A DNA stretch of 64,000 nt from Macrostomum lignano (GCA_002269645.1 NIVC01001089.1:186001-250000); one strand, 5' to 3'. Numbered from the stretch's first letter, positions 1 through 12,568 are shown. The notes: generated from the letters alone by a model not told the origin. Made by a program: numbers and translations.

Positions 1-249
1 AAATAAAGGAAAAATAACAAAAACACGTCATTGACCTTAAACCAATTTTGCAAATTGTACAATCAAAATAAAAATTAGCAACAGAAAACAAACCGAATTG
101 AAGCGATTATTCTTTTTTTAAAAGCAACAAAAGGAAAATCAAATATAATTAACAATTTAGGAGGATCACAAATTGCAATCAACGGTCCGTCAGGATTTAT
201 ACACACAGAATATATAATACGAGTATATATTGTATTTATATAGGATACC

Positions 250-659
250 AACAGATGCTATAATAACCAGATGGGCCACTCAGCACATTTGCGTGTAAGC
301 TACTTTTACTTCAGTAGTAAGTTGTTAAACAGAAGCATTTTAATGTATTTTAAAGCCAAGGCTCATTTATTGGCTTTTACCAACCCCCCTCCCAGCTTAA
401 ACCCTCCCTCCAACCGCGCCTCTCCCACTACCCCCCATGTACATTTCAGTGGACTGGCTAATGTACATTATTGCTCAACCAATTAGCAAGTTGTTTACGC
501 CTGCAAGCCTGGGCTTCTAAACTTATCAAAGTCGTTTCAGCTGCCTTTATTTTTATAAAATAGCTTATGTATTCTTCTTTGCTACTGAACTGAAAGTAGA
601 AAGCTGTTTTACTAAGTGTATACGCCTCAGTGGCCCATCTAGTCATTTTAGTATCTGTG
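250..659. mobile_element. hAT-like MITE, family A, copy 1 (about 410 bp, about 35-bp imperfect TIRs)
   Basis: Left end acagatgctataataaccagatgggccactcag is the inverse complement of the right end ctcagtggcccatctagtcattttagtatctgtg. The internal sequence is closely similar to 53462-53893. No clean TSD on this copy. Confidence 0.8.
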
Positions 660-963
660 TAAGGCTACAAGTCACCCGAAGCGCATTGCACGAATTTAAA
701 AACTTTTGATGAAATTTTCTGCAAGTTGAAAATTTAAAGATTTCATCTTATATTTAAAAAAACACAACAATCAAATAAACAAACACAAAAACTGGAATTT
801 CTTAACTGGCACGATAATATATAGATATCAGTATACCTAATTTATGTATACAGTTTTGCGATGAGAGAAAAAAAAACGCCAAAAAGCGCGTACACGCTAC
901 TATCAACTAGTAGATTATTATTGTTTATCCAGTTTATGTTGTTTCCTTAATAAAGCAGCAAAT

Positions 964-3900
964 TTAGCAACAACCCGAACTGGACGATTTGACTGGCTGG
1001 GTGCCGCTGGGGCCAACTTTGATAGCCGGCTTGGCCTGCTGGCCCGCTGCCCCGGCTGCTGGGCCCATGCGAGATTTGATCTCGCTAGCCATCGACATGA
1101 AGGCCTGCTCAACGTTCGTGGCATTCTTGGCGCTGGTCTCTAGGAATACTATGCCGAGCTTGTCGGCGTATTCCTGTTGCCATGGGCGGTGGCGTTAGTT
1201 AGTTTGCATTGTCTCTGCATGGCCTGAACTAATTATCTCTCCTATCTCATCTGTCTGATTCGTTTTATCTCCCCACCCATCCTATCTCTCCCACACCTCC
1301 TTATGTCTCCCACACCTCCTTATGTCTCCACACCCCTCCTTATCTTTCCCTACCCCTCCTTATCTCCCCACATTTTCCTTATCTCTCCCAACCCTCCTCA
1401 TCTCCCCCCACCCGCTTTTTATCTCCCCCACTTTTTCTTTCCTTTCTACCCTCTCGACTCTCTCATATTGTCCTGTTCCTGTTTCATAGTTCCCGTAAAT
1501 AATTACTAAATAAAATTGTACCTTAGCGGTGGCAAAGTCCACAACTTTCTTGCTAGTTAAATCGCACTTGTTGCCAACCAACAATTTGTTGACATTCTCC
1601 GAAGCGTATTTGTCGATCTCTTGTAGCCAATTCTTAACGTTGTTGAACGACTCTTGGTCTGTGCAATCGTACACCACAATGATGCCATGGGCGCCTCGGT
1701 AATAAGACGAGGTGATGGTGCGGAAACGCTCCTGGCCAGCAGTGTCCCAGATCTGCAATTAATTAATAGATAATTCAATGCCAAATTGTACATACTGCTA
1801 TGCACTGTTGAGTCAGTTACAAACCTGCAGCTTGATAGTTTTTCCATCCAGCTCAATGGTACGAATCTTGAAATCAACTCCAATGGTACTGATGTAGCTC
1901 TCCGTGTAAGTGTCATCCGCAAAGCGCAGCAATAGGCAGCTTTTGCCAACACCAGAGTCGCCAATCAGAAGCAACTTGAACAGATAGTCACTGATAGGGG
2001 TGGAGGAGTAATGAAAAGTTGTCATTTTGATAAGTAAAATGCTTGTAAAATGAAAAACCCATTCATACATACATAATAATTGAACAGAATTTACTATGCT
2101 TCCAGCTAAACATAGCCAAATATAGTATTAAAAATCAACTGCCAAGTATCATTATATTGCATACTTAAGCATACTATAGAATCCAATCAAAGTATTTAAC
2201 TTGGCTAGAAACTTTATAGGATAATATTATTTAATAGTTGAGTATAGCTTATTTGACTGGTAAAAACTTTTAATTAGCATATAAAAAAGTATCATTAACA
2301 AATAAATGGGTTGATAAGATTTGCCTGCCAAGATTTTCTTGCAATTGTGCCAAGATTTGCCCACAGTGCATTTTGCCCACAAGTGAGTGGTCTACCATGT
2401 TTTTCCCACTGAGGTTTACCCACAATGCTTCTTCCTGCAGTGCATTTAGCCACAAGGCAGATCTTGTCTGCATTGCCCCCAATGCTTAGTAGTTGTCTTA
2501 ATAAAGGATTTACCTTATGAAAACATTTTGATTATAACAGAACATCAAATGCCTATTTTTCTTAGGGTTATTTTATTTCTGTATACATGCAGGGGTACAT
2601 TAGTAAGCTAATAATTCATGCATATGTAATGCTACATTGTTCCATATTTCTCTCTATTAATAAAGATTTAAAATTGGGGAAGAGGCATAGCAGACAAGAT
2701 CTGCCATGTGGCTAAATGTGCTGCAATAAAAACATTGTAGGCCTAAACAAACCTTGGTGCAAAAAATCTTGGTGGGCAATTTGCTTATAGGCAAATCGCG
2801 TTGCAGGCAAATCTTGATAGGCAATTTGCTTATGAGCAAGCTGCATAATACACTGTAGGCAAATCTTGGCAGGCAAATATCTTATAGGCAAAACTCAACA
2901 GTCAATTCTTGTGCTCCATAAATAAATATATAGAATAAAAGCTCATACAAAACTTTAAACAACAAATTTCTAAGCAAAATCCTTTGCTTCAAAAATAATA
3001 ATAAAAGGATACACTTTTATAGGCATATCCTTAGTATTTTTTTATAGTATATAATATAAAGTCATACAACCTTATACTAACCATATTTTAGATAATAAAT
3101 GCTAGGAAATTCTTATATATGAAAGCTCTAGCTAGTGCTATAGTATATAAGCAAGCAGTGGTAGATCTAGAGTTTCATTTGGGGGGGGGTAGTCCAAGTT
3201 TGGGATGCCAACACAAGTAAAAGGGGCACCAATTTTTAAGCTAGGGGACACCAAAAATGCATGTATAGGGCAAAAAGTCAAGCTTAGGGATGCAAAAAAG
3301 GCATTGGGAGGCAAAAAATCAAGTTTAGGGGGCATAAACTCAGGTTTTTGGGGGGTGCAATATGTTCTATCAAGCTATTTTAGGGGAGGCAGGCAGCCAC
3401 CCCCCCCCCCCCTCCTAAATCCACCCCTATAAGCCAGGATCGAATTCTTGCTTCGGGGTAGGAAAACACACATGCACATTTTTGGAGCATTGCGCAAATG
3501 CACGCGCCAGCTGTAAAAAAATTCATATGCAGATCATGGCCCATGAGCTAAAAAATGACATTTATAGTTTTTAAATTCTATGCTGGCATAAATTAAAAAG
3601 TTGTACTTTAAGTGTAGAATAGCTTGAACTAGAGGTCAGACGAGCAGAAAATTTTGGTCGAGTGTGAAATTTCGTGAAATTTTCAAAGTTGGGCGTGATC
3701 GTGATCATGATCGTGAATTTATATTTGCATATACCTATTTTGAGCTTGTAAGTTACAAGTGTTGAAAATAACAAAACAAGAAAAGAAATATTTATAAATT
3801 GATAATAGCTACTCGGTAATGCTGTCAAGTCAACAAATTAAAAATTTATTACTCTTTTACACATTTGTGTTCACATATTTTGGTAAACCAAGTAGAAAAG

Positions 3901-5329
3901 CTATACTTCTAATAAAAATGTAATAAAGCGGAAATTCACGACTGTCGTGAATGGGTTTCAAGGAAATCACAATCGTGAAAAAAATGGTTATGAATTCATG
4001 AAATTGTGATCACGATCGTGATCACGTCCAACCCCTAGCTTGAACACTATATTTTTTAAAGAAAATATTCTTTAAAAGTTATAAGAGTTTCACTAAACTT
4101 TAAAGTAAATGTTTTTTGCTAAAAAAATTATATATTGTTTTACTTTTGTTTTGAAATTTTCCACCATAAAAACAACCTTCCGGACTATGAAAAGTAGTAC
4201 TTGAGCACACATACACCACATGGCACATAACCATGTTGAATGCATGTAAAAGTCAAATCCTATCTGTGATTTTGTGGCAAACAGCTTCTTGCGCAAGCAT
4301 ATACAATGGAACATGCACATATGTGCGCAATAGTCAGCCGAGTCGGCCAATCTGGCCGACCGATTTGGTGGCTAAACAAGGAAGTCGCAAAAATGCCCAC
4401 CCAAAAATACCCAAGTAGTAGTACTAAGTAGCTGATAAGGCATTTTGACTTAATAAGACAGTCATAGTTACTCCTACCATTTAACCTACATAGTGTTAAT
4501 TTTGCATTACGCTATTTATGCTAGGGTTTTTTACATGTAAGTTGCATTTTTAGCCAAAAACTGTCGCATTTTTGTTAAAACTAAGTCACATGGCTGACCA
4601 AATTTTGGAGGTTGCGCATTTTTGAGCATGTATACACCTTTAAAAGTGCGTAAATAGGCTCCTTTTCAGCATGCAAGTGCGCACAAATTTGACAAGCACG
4701 CACATATGCGTAACAAATTTTGTGCAAGAATTCCATCCTGGCCTATATAAGCAAGAAATATTACTTGCTAGCATATCATATCTTCATTGGAATATAATTA
4801 ATAATTTATATCTATATACTAAATTTATAACTATACTTGTTATAGTTTTTGGCTATATATATAAGTCTATAATAGTATTAAAAAAATATGCATATGCTAG
4901 ACCTGACTAACATCAACATGTATAAATAATATTTTATTGCCATGCCATATCTCTATACTTTTGTAGCTATAAATATACCAAATTTGATTAGGGCCTATGC
5001 CATCTCTGTAGTTGCAATTCATTATGTTTTAGAAATATGAAATATAACAAACTAGACAAGTTTTATTACTGCTATGACATTTGGAATTTAGGATTCAAAA
5101 GTATAAATACTATAACTTCTACAAGGCATATATTTTTGTAAAAGAACTTGCCAACAGATCTGAGATAAAACATAAAAGACTACAATTATTATACAGCTTA
5201 TCAGAGTAAATTAAAAGTAATATATTAAACAAAAATAATCAATCACAAAAAACAACCAGAGTACTGATACTGAATAATTAATAACAATTTTTTATCAGAA
5301 TAGTACAAAACTTACTATTCGGGCGTCAT
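964..5329 (-). CDS. RAB1: Rab1 small GTPase (206 aa). Exons 5329-5316, 1990-1825, 1752-1522, 1173-964
   Basis: The spliced product reads MTPEY|[44 protein letters not shown]...[22 protein letters not shown]...GNKCDL...[16 protein letters not shown]...SSSGCC* with a C-terminal CC prenylation motif. All introns are GT-AG and in phase. The phase-2 intron inside Tyr matches the position known from vertebrate RAB1A. Confidence 0.95.
2308..2900. mobile_element. Foldback-type MITE with inverted subterminal TTGCC/GGCAA repeats
   Basis: Left gataagatttgcctgccaagatt is inverse to right aatcttggcaggcaaatatcttat. Multiple ttgcc motifs on the left are mirrored by ggcaa motifs on the right. Confidence 0.6.
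3156..3429. mobile_element. hAT-like MITE with CAGTGG...poly-G / poly-C...CCCCT(G) ends
   Basis: Ends are cagtggtagatctag and ctaaatccacccct. The 8-mer taagcaag precedes it (3148-3155) and recurs at 4748-4755, after the intervening insertion. A related copy lies at 42326-42483. Confidence 0.7.
3630..4037. mobile_element. hAT MITE (TAG...CTA termini)
   Basis: TIR tagaggtcagacg / cgtccaaccccta. Perfect 8-bp TSD gcttgaac at 3622-3629 and 4038-4045. Subterminal cgtgat/atcacg repeats. Confidence 0.85.
4318..4624. mobile_element. hAT MITE, family B (CATA..GCGCAAC TIR), older copy
   Basis: Degenerate TIRs catatgtgcgcaat / gttgcgcatttttg and TSD aacatgca/agcatgta (6/8). The interior is inverse-homologous to 12633-12902 (for example ataagacagtcatagttact). 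Confidence 0.75.
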
Positions 5330-5997
5330 AGTGTACTAAATTTTTTACCAGTTAAAAATGCAAAGAACCACTTAAGTAGCAACAATGCTTATTAGAAGTA
5401 AGTGCAACAATTATATTATATGAAGCACCAAGTATAAAAACTTCACTAGCTAGTAATTCAGAAGAATGAAAAGATTAGCGAAATAATAGCAATTAGAAAA
5501 AAAGATTGACGAGTTCGAACTCTAAATTTTATTAATCACTCGAAAGCAGTGTTATAACAATAGGTATTTAATAATACTTAAAATTCGATACACATTCAAA
5601 ACTATGTTTGTTTTATTATTTTTAACTGAAAAATTCTATAATAAAGCAAATAATTCAGCAACCTATAATTTTTAAAACGTTGACCACTTTCCACTTTTCT
5701 ATATCACAAATAAGTGCAGCAAAAAGGCTCAGATATAACGATACGGTGATATTATATCATGCTTTTCTTAGCCAAAATGCTGCAACAATGTATATAGTTG
5801 GGATTGTTTACATGGCGTCGTTTTAAAGTCTAAATGAAGCATAATTTCCCCCAGCATTAGGCCTAGCATATTAAGAAACTTCGCTGGTAGCACATGGCCA
5901 TGTGAAGTATATGCTCATCTCGTATGCTTCCTTTAGCGAATTGAGCATTATTGTATAAGATGGTGTTGCTTAACTGCATCAATTGTGGCTACAGCAA

Positions 5998-6653
5998 CCC
6001 ACTGGGAAAAATCATAGCGAGCCACAGTGGCTGCCTCCAACGGCCCGCTTGCGTCACCTGTCACGTGGTCCACTCTCCGACCGCTAGCGCCCTAGCGGCA
6101 TTTCGCTAGCTAGCGACTAGTGATCAGCTATAACGGTCCATATGTCTAGCAATTCTATTACATGTATTGAATATACAATATATGCGCCGCTTTATGTCGG
6201 ATTTGTACAGGCCTAATTAATTCCGTGTAGCTCTGATAATACACCGCACATGCATGGTATTTAAGAATGCTTCATTATACCGAATTTCGGCATAAGAACT
6301 GTAAGAAGCAGTACGTGATCAGTACAATTAGAATTGTCATTAGCTCTGCTGCCTGCTGGCTAATAATAAAAAAAACTTAGGATTGGCTAAAAGCGCATTT
6401 ACAAATTTAGATTTTCATAAGCTGCATGAAGCGACCAATGACCATATAGTGAAGAAATCGCATTCACATATAATTATTTATTACAAAATGCAATACATGT
6501 ATGTAAATATATACACTTTAATTCCAGATAAAATAGGAACTTGCAATACAATAGATCAACAGAAAAATGCCAAATCGATGTCTTTTAAGTTGCCTCCATG
6601 ATGCCGCTAAGGGTTAAGTGGCATAGAGGCCCACCTAGAACTTTCCCAGTGGG
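5998..6653. mobile_element. Non-autonomous TIR element inserted at TA in the left foldback arm
   Basis: 12-bp TIR cccactgggaaa / tttcccagtggg, flanked by aa/ta. The right arm shows the empty site (ggctacagc-TA-gggcgcag when read inversely at about 9833-9851). Confidence 0.85.
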
Positions 6654-7635
6654 TAGGGCGCAGATTAATGTAAATTTATTTGACTTTGATTAGTGTTACT
6701 GACTAAATGAGCGCATTGTCGTGTTTTCTATTGAATGCATATAGCATATCACACTTATCATGGTTAGGCCTATGGCTATATGTATAGTTAGTTAAGTTAG
6801 TTATACCCGATTTGCTCGAACCCTGCTAATTGCCCCCTGCTAGCTGCCACCCTGCTCTCCCTCCCTGCTCTGATCTGCCACCCTGCTCTCCCTCTCCCTA
6901 CTCTGCCCCCTTGCTTTGCCACGCTGCTCTCCCTCCCTTGCTCTGATCTGCCACCCTGCTCTCCCTCCCTGCTCTGCCCCCTGCTCTTCCACCCTATACC
7001 CTGCTATGCTCCCCTGCTCCGCCACCTACGCCACCTACTCTTCTCCTGCTCTACCCCCCGCTCTGCCAACCTACTGTGCCCCCCTATACTCTGTCTCCTG
7101 CTTTGCCATCCTGCTCTGCCCCCCTTGCTCTGTCACCCTGTTCTACCCCTTGCTCTACCCACTGCTCTGACACCCTACTCTACCCCCTGCTCTCCCTCCC
7201 TGCTTTGCCCCCTTCTCTCCCTCCGTGCTCTTCCACCCTGCTCTGCCCCCTACTCTGTCCCCTTCCCTCCCCCTGCAATTCTACCCTGCGCTGCGTTCCT
7301 GCCTGCCCCCCTGCCCTGCCACCCTGCTCTGCCACCCTGCTTTGTCTCCCTGCTGTGCCCACTACACTCTCCCTCCCTGTTCTGCTACCCGCTCTATCCC
7401 CTTGCTCTCCCTCCCTGCTCTACCCCCTGCCCTGCATCTAAGTCAGTCAACGAAAGTAAAGAGCACAGAGAATCCCATTTGACAAAAGTTCCACAAGACT
7501 TAGCAAGAGTCGCAACAACAGGTGTTTTACACCTGTAAGCCAATTTATGCTTTTTTGTGACCAAAATATAAAAAAGCAGAAGGTATTACAAACTCAGCCA
7601 CACTCTTAGAGCGCTAAGACAGTTGTTTTGTAAGA

Positions 7636-8345
7636 CCTTCCCGCTCTCTGCCGCCACCTTCCTGCTCTCTGCCGCCACCTTCCCGCTCTCTGCTGCCACC
7701 TTCCCGCTCTCTGCCACCACCTTCCCGCTCTCCGCCGCCACCTTCCCGCTCTCCGCCGCCACCTTCCCGCTCTCTGCTGCCACCTTCCCGCTCTCTGCCA
7801 CCACCTTCCCGCTCTCTGCCGCCACCTTCCCGCTCTCCGCCGCCACCTTCCCGCTCTCCGCCGCCACCTTCCCGCTCTCCGCCGCCCCGCCGCCACCTTC
7901 TCGCTCTCCGCCGCCACCTTCCCGCTCTCTGCCGCCACCTTCCCGCCCTCTGCCGCCACCTTCCCGCTCTCCGCCGCCACCTTCCCGCTCTCCGCCGCCA
8001 CCTTCCCGCTCTCTGCCGCACCTTCCCGCTCTCTGCCGCCACCTTCCCGCTCTCCGCCGCCACCTTCCCGCTCCTCTGCCGCCACCTTCCCGCTCTCTGC
8101 TGCCACCTTCCCGCCCTCTGCCGCCACCTTCCCGCTCTCCGCCGCCACCTTCCCGCTCTCCGCCGCCACCTTCCCGCTCTCTGCCGCACCTTCCCGCTCT
8201 CTGCCGCCACCTTCCCGCTCTCCGCCGCCACCTTCCCGCTCCTCTGCCGCCACCTTCCCGCTCTCTGCTGCCACCTTCCCGCCCTCTGCCGCCACCTTCC
8301 CGCTCCTCCGCCGCCATCTTCCCGCTCTCAGCTGCCTCCACCTTC
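7636..8345. repeat. Minisatellite, 21-bp unit CCTTCCCGCTCTCTGCCGCCA, with a 168-bp higher-order duplication
   Basis: Direct reading. It lies in the spacer of the foldback element. Confidence 0.95.
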
Positions 8346-8744
8346 TCCCGCCCTCCACACCTCTGCCAACATTAGATATATATGGCTTGAGATGAATGCA
8401 TAGCTTTTCTGTTTTAGCTATTCGTGAGTTGTAAAACCTCACTAACGGTGATCGGAAGTACTACTACATGTACATGTGTACATGCATACATGAGCAGGAC
8501 AAGAAACTAAGCTTAGAATAGAACAAGGGTAAGAAGTACAGTGAAACAAAGTAAAAAATTTGACTGAAAATATATAGAGCTAAACTGAGGTGTCAATGCT
8601 ACGAATTTCCTTTTGCTAACAGCTCAAGACAAAATCCTTTCAATGACCGTTCCATCCTGAGCTAACTTTGATACGACCACACCGCATTGCTGAAGGGTAT
8701 GGTACGCATTGCACCGACTGCAGTGTTGTTGGGTAGAAAAGCAG

Positions 8745-9670
8745 TCGGCAGAGCAGGGTGGAAGGGCAGGGGGCAGGGCAGGGGGGCAGAGCAGGGAGGC
8801 AGCGCAGGGTAGAATTGCAGGGGGAGGGAAGGGGACAGAGTAGGGGGCAGAGCAGGGTGGAAAAGCAGGGGGTAGAGCAGGGTGAAAAAGCAGGGGGTAG
8901 AGCAGGGTGAAAAAGCAGGGGGTAAAGCAGGGTGAAAAGGCAGGGGGTAGAGCAGGGTATAAAAAAAGGGGGTAGAGCAGGGTGAAAAAGCAGGGGGTAG
9001 AGCAGGGTGGAAAAGCAGGGGGCAGAGCAGGGTGGAAAAGCAGGGGGTAGAGCAGGGTGGAAAAGCAGGGGGCAGAGCAGGGTGGAAAAGCAGGGGGTAG
9101 AGCAGGGTGGAAAAGCAGGGGGTAGAGCAGGGTGGAAAAGCAGGGGGTAGAGCAGGGTGGAAGGGCAGGGGGCAGAGCAGGGTGGAAGAGCACGGAGGGA
9201 GAGCAGGGTGGCAAAGCAGGGAGGGAGAGCAGGGGGCAAAGCAGGGAGGGAGAGCAGGGGGCAAAGCAGGGAGGGAGAGCAGGGGGCAAAGCAGGGAGGG
9301 AGAGCAGGGGGCAAAGCAGGGAGGGAGAGCAGGGGGCAAAGCAGGGAGGGAGAGCAGGGGGCAAAGCAGGGAGGGAGAGCAGGGGGCAAAGCAGGGAGGG
9401 AGAGCAGGGGGCAAAGCAGGGAGGGAGAGCAGGTTGGCAGACCAAGGGGGGCATAGCAGCAGGGTGGCAGAGCGGGTGGGAGAGCAGGAGGACAGAGTAA
9501 AGGGCGGAGCAGAGGGGGGGGGGGCATAGCAGGGTGGAAGAGCACGGAGGGAGAGCAGTGTGGCAAAGCAAGGGGCAGAGCAGGGAGGAGGAGCAGCTGC
9601 ATGGGGGCAGAGCAGGGAGGGAGAGCAGGGTGGCAGAGCAGGGGGCAGAGCAGAGCAGGAGGTAGAGCAA
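8745..9670. repeat. G/A-rich minisatellite (about 25-bp units, AGAGCAGGG core); right arm of the foldback
   Basis: Units agagcagggtggaaaagcagggggt and agagcagggggcaaagcagggaggg. An inverse, more degenerate counterpart lies at 6835-7440. Confidence 0.9.
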
Positions 9671-10379
9671 GGGGTAGGCAGGGTTGCAGAGCAAATCGGG
9701 TATAACTACAGTACTACTATAGCCATAGGCCTGTAACCATGATAAGTGTGATATGCATACATTACAAAAACACAACAATGATTGCGCTCATTTAGTAAGT
9801 AACACTAATCAAAGTCAATTTATATTATACTGCGCCCTAGCTGTAGCCACAATTGATGCAGTTAAGCAACACCATCTTATACAATAATGCTCAATTCGCT
9901 AAAGGAAGCATACAAGATGAGCATATAATTCACATGGCCATGTGCTACCAGCGGAGTTTCTTAAGCTAGGCCTATAATGCTGGGGGAAAATTATGCTTCA
10001 TTTAGACTTTAAAACGACACCATGTAAACAATCCCAACTAGATACATTGTTGCAGCATTTTGGCTAAGAATATCATGATATATAATATCACCGTATTGTG
10101 ACGATTATTCGGTGCCTCGAGAGTAATTAACGAAGGCAAACACGGCAGAGGCAACTTTTGTAGCGGTAGCACTTGATGATAGTACGATTGATGCGGGCAA
10201 TGACCGCAGTCTTTGTTTATTGTAACCGTATGAGAGGATAGTTATAGGCTTGCTATTAGCAATTCTGTCTGGGTGGACAACAGAAATAGGCCAGAGTACT
10301 TGCTGAATCCGTAGGAAATGCACTGGGCGGCTACGCAACAATAAGATAGATAATATACGAAAGAGTGAGTCGATGAAGC

Positions 10380-10720
10380 CTGAGACAGCGGTGACGATGT
10401 GATGGCAGTGAACGTGTGGTGGCGGTGCTCGTAGCGAGAGCTCGTACAGACAGTAGAGGTGGCGTGACTGAGTTTTGACGGAGGCGTGGTTTAGAACCGT
10501 GGCGGAGCGAGGCGGAGAGAGAAGGCAAAGCAAACAAGGAGTGCCGCGGTGGCAAGGCTCAAGGGGTCTACGGGCAGGAGGGGTGAAGGAGGATACCCCG
10601 AGCGCCCCAGCCAGACGACTGATAAGGAGCGGACTGGGGGTGGGTGCGCGCGGAGAACTTAATTTCAGGCAAACATAATTTATGCGCGGCTTTTCTATTG
10701 GCCGGCGAGAAAAACAGAAT
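10380..10720. promoter_or_regulatory. Candidate CpG-rich promoter between the divergent Rab1 and GALK2 genes
   Basis: Unique CpG-rich island in an AT-rich background, inverted CCAAT (attgg 10697-10701), and pyrimidine-rich 5'UTR-like sequence on the minus strand. No transcript evidence. Confidence 0.35.
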
Positions 10721-12568
10721 TTATCGATCGCCTACTGTACTTAGGCTTTACAAACGTACGCAAGTTGATAAAATTCTTTGGGAACTACTTTAGCAGACGT
10801 GAGAGTACGGGACCATTAAATTAACAATATTACAGATTGGTCAAAACGGCCCTTGACGGGGCTACAAAAATTGACAACGTCACAGTATCATGATATCTGA
10901 GCCTTTCCCGCAGGGTTTTTAATTTTGGAATTCAAGTCAAATCGGATTTGAAATCTAGTCTAGTCTAGTTCTAATCTAGTCTAGTTTTATTCTAGTCATA
11001 GTTTATGTCCATAGTCTAGCCTAGGCTACATAGTTCTGTAATATCCATCATTTCTGACTGCATGGATTGGGATTTGACTAATTGAAAGATCCGACTGTAA
11101 AAACTCTCGCGGGAAAACTCAGCGGGAAAAGCTCGCACTGGCAAACCTCGGCGAGAAAACTACCTCCCGTAACAAATTCCATATATATACATGTAAGGTT
11201 TGCAGCTGCAGTTTGAGGCTCCACTCCCTCACTTACATGTATGACAATAAGTTTTAATGCATAGATAAAGCGATGCTGATTATCAGTCTAACACGCAGGG
11301 TCTCAAACTCTAATAAAAAACATACTGCATTCGTATTCGTATTTCGAACTTTTGTCTATGGGATTCGACTCAACACCAACCCCAACCCCTTATAACGGTC
11401 GAACTAACGTTTCATGTTTGTTTCGTTCCTTCGTTTTTTATTATCGCATACCGCGCGAACTTAAATAAGCACGGCTAAATAACGAACTTTTTATTTGCCT
11501 CTTGTCTTAGCTATCTCTACGCTAGCTTTTTAAGATAGGCCTATTTGAATTATGTTAACGTTGCGTATTTACTTATTTATTTGTTTAAGTCCATTTTGAT
11601 CAAGCCAGTCAAAGAAACAGACTAAGTTTTGGTTTTTAAGTCATATGTTTTATTTTTACATTTTATGCAGTCAAACTTTTCAATTTTAACCAGATTACCA
11701 AAGATATAGTGTAAATACTTTAAGTATATTACCATATAGATATAGATATAGTATAATTATGTCGTTGTGCCTAGGCCCAATATAATTGGGCTACAACTAA
11801 AATGATATTATCCTTGAGTTGAGCTTAAAGTAGAGGTAGTATAGTAGGCCTAATATGACTATGACTATGACATCTTGATCCTAAACCTAGCCTGCCTACT
11901 AGGCCAGCTGCCAGCCACACTAGATCATACCTCATAGTATATTTTTGGCATGCATTGGCCTTGAATGCCAAAAGTTGGGTCAAGGACAACTTAAGTAGAA
12001 TTAGAAGGATGGGAAACCTCATTTCTTAGAAAATTTTAGAAGGCAGGTTTTAATTCCCAAAAAATACATTATAGAGAAAGGAAGTTTTCATTTTTTTCAG
12101 CACAAAAATTGTTATTGCTTTTGATAGAAGGCAGATCCAGTGTTTATCTTTTGATATGTTATGCCTTTTTTATTGCTCTATTAATATTTAAGAAGCTTTT
12201 TGTTTAGAAAATTCGGATTTTATGTTATTTTTTTATTCTATTTGTTTTTATATGACAAGGGTACATTTGGATCCTAAATCTAAATTTAGCATCTTGAAAT
12301 TCAATTAAAAATTCCAATTTGCATAATCTTGATCTTTTTCTAACGACTAAAGATATTTATAAATAAATAAATAGGCCTATACATATATATAAGTAAAACA
12401 TGTAAAATTGTAACAATTTTCTTTATTAATATATTTCAATGTATTGATTTATTGTCCCAGAACTAAAATGATTTTTTTAATTTTTTATAATAAAAAAATT
12501 ATAAAACTAATTATGTATAATGTATTTTGACTTTAAAATTAGTAGCATCTAGCTTAAGAGGAATAAAA

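Larger units (their letters stand above)
3433..4742. mobile_element. TIR element (GCCAGGAT...ATCCTGGC) hosting two nested MITEs
   Basis: 19-bp TIR with 18/19 match: gccaggatcgaattcttgc / gcaagaattccatcctggc. Candidate 8-bp TSD ccctataa/ctatataa (6/8). Confidence 0.7.
5737..10100. mobile_element. 4.4-kb foldback-like long inverted repeat whose arms contain minisatellite
   Basis: 5737-5995 pairs with 9842-10100, 6654-6840 with about 9670-9841, and the CT-rich 6840-7330 with the GA-rich 8750-9670 (for example 7231-7295 vs about 8790-8855). The spacer of about 1.4 kb has no transposase ORF. No convincing TSD. Confidence 0.8.

Noticed and set aside
6601-6617. piggyBac-like end (gctaagggTTAA)
   Set aside because: No matching TTAA-CCCTT left end was found.
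6840-9778. Long Pro/Leu/Cys- or Gly/Arg/Glu-rich ORFs (up to 384 aa) in the ORF track
   Set aside because: They are translations of stop-poor minisatellite units, open in several frames and on both strands, with no domain or splice support.
10105-10678. ORFs of 67-142 aa in the CpG-rich island
   Set aside because: No recognisable domain, weak or alternative starts, and overlapping frames; better explained as promoter or UTR.
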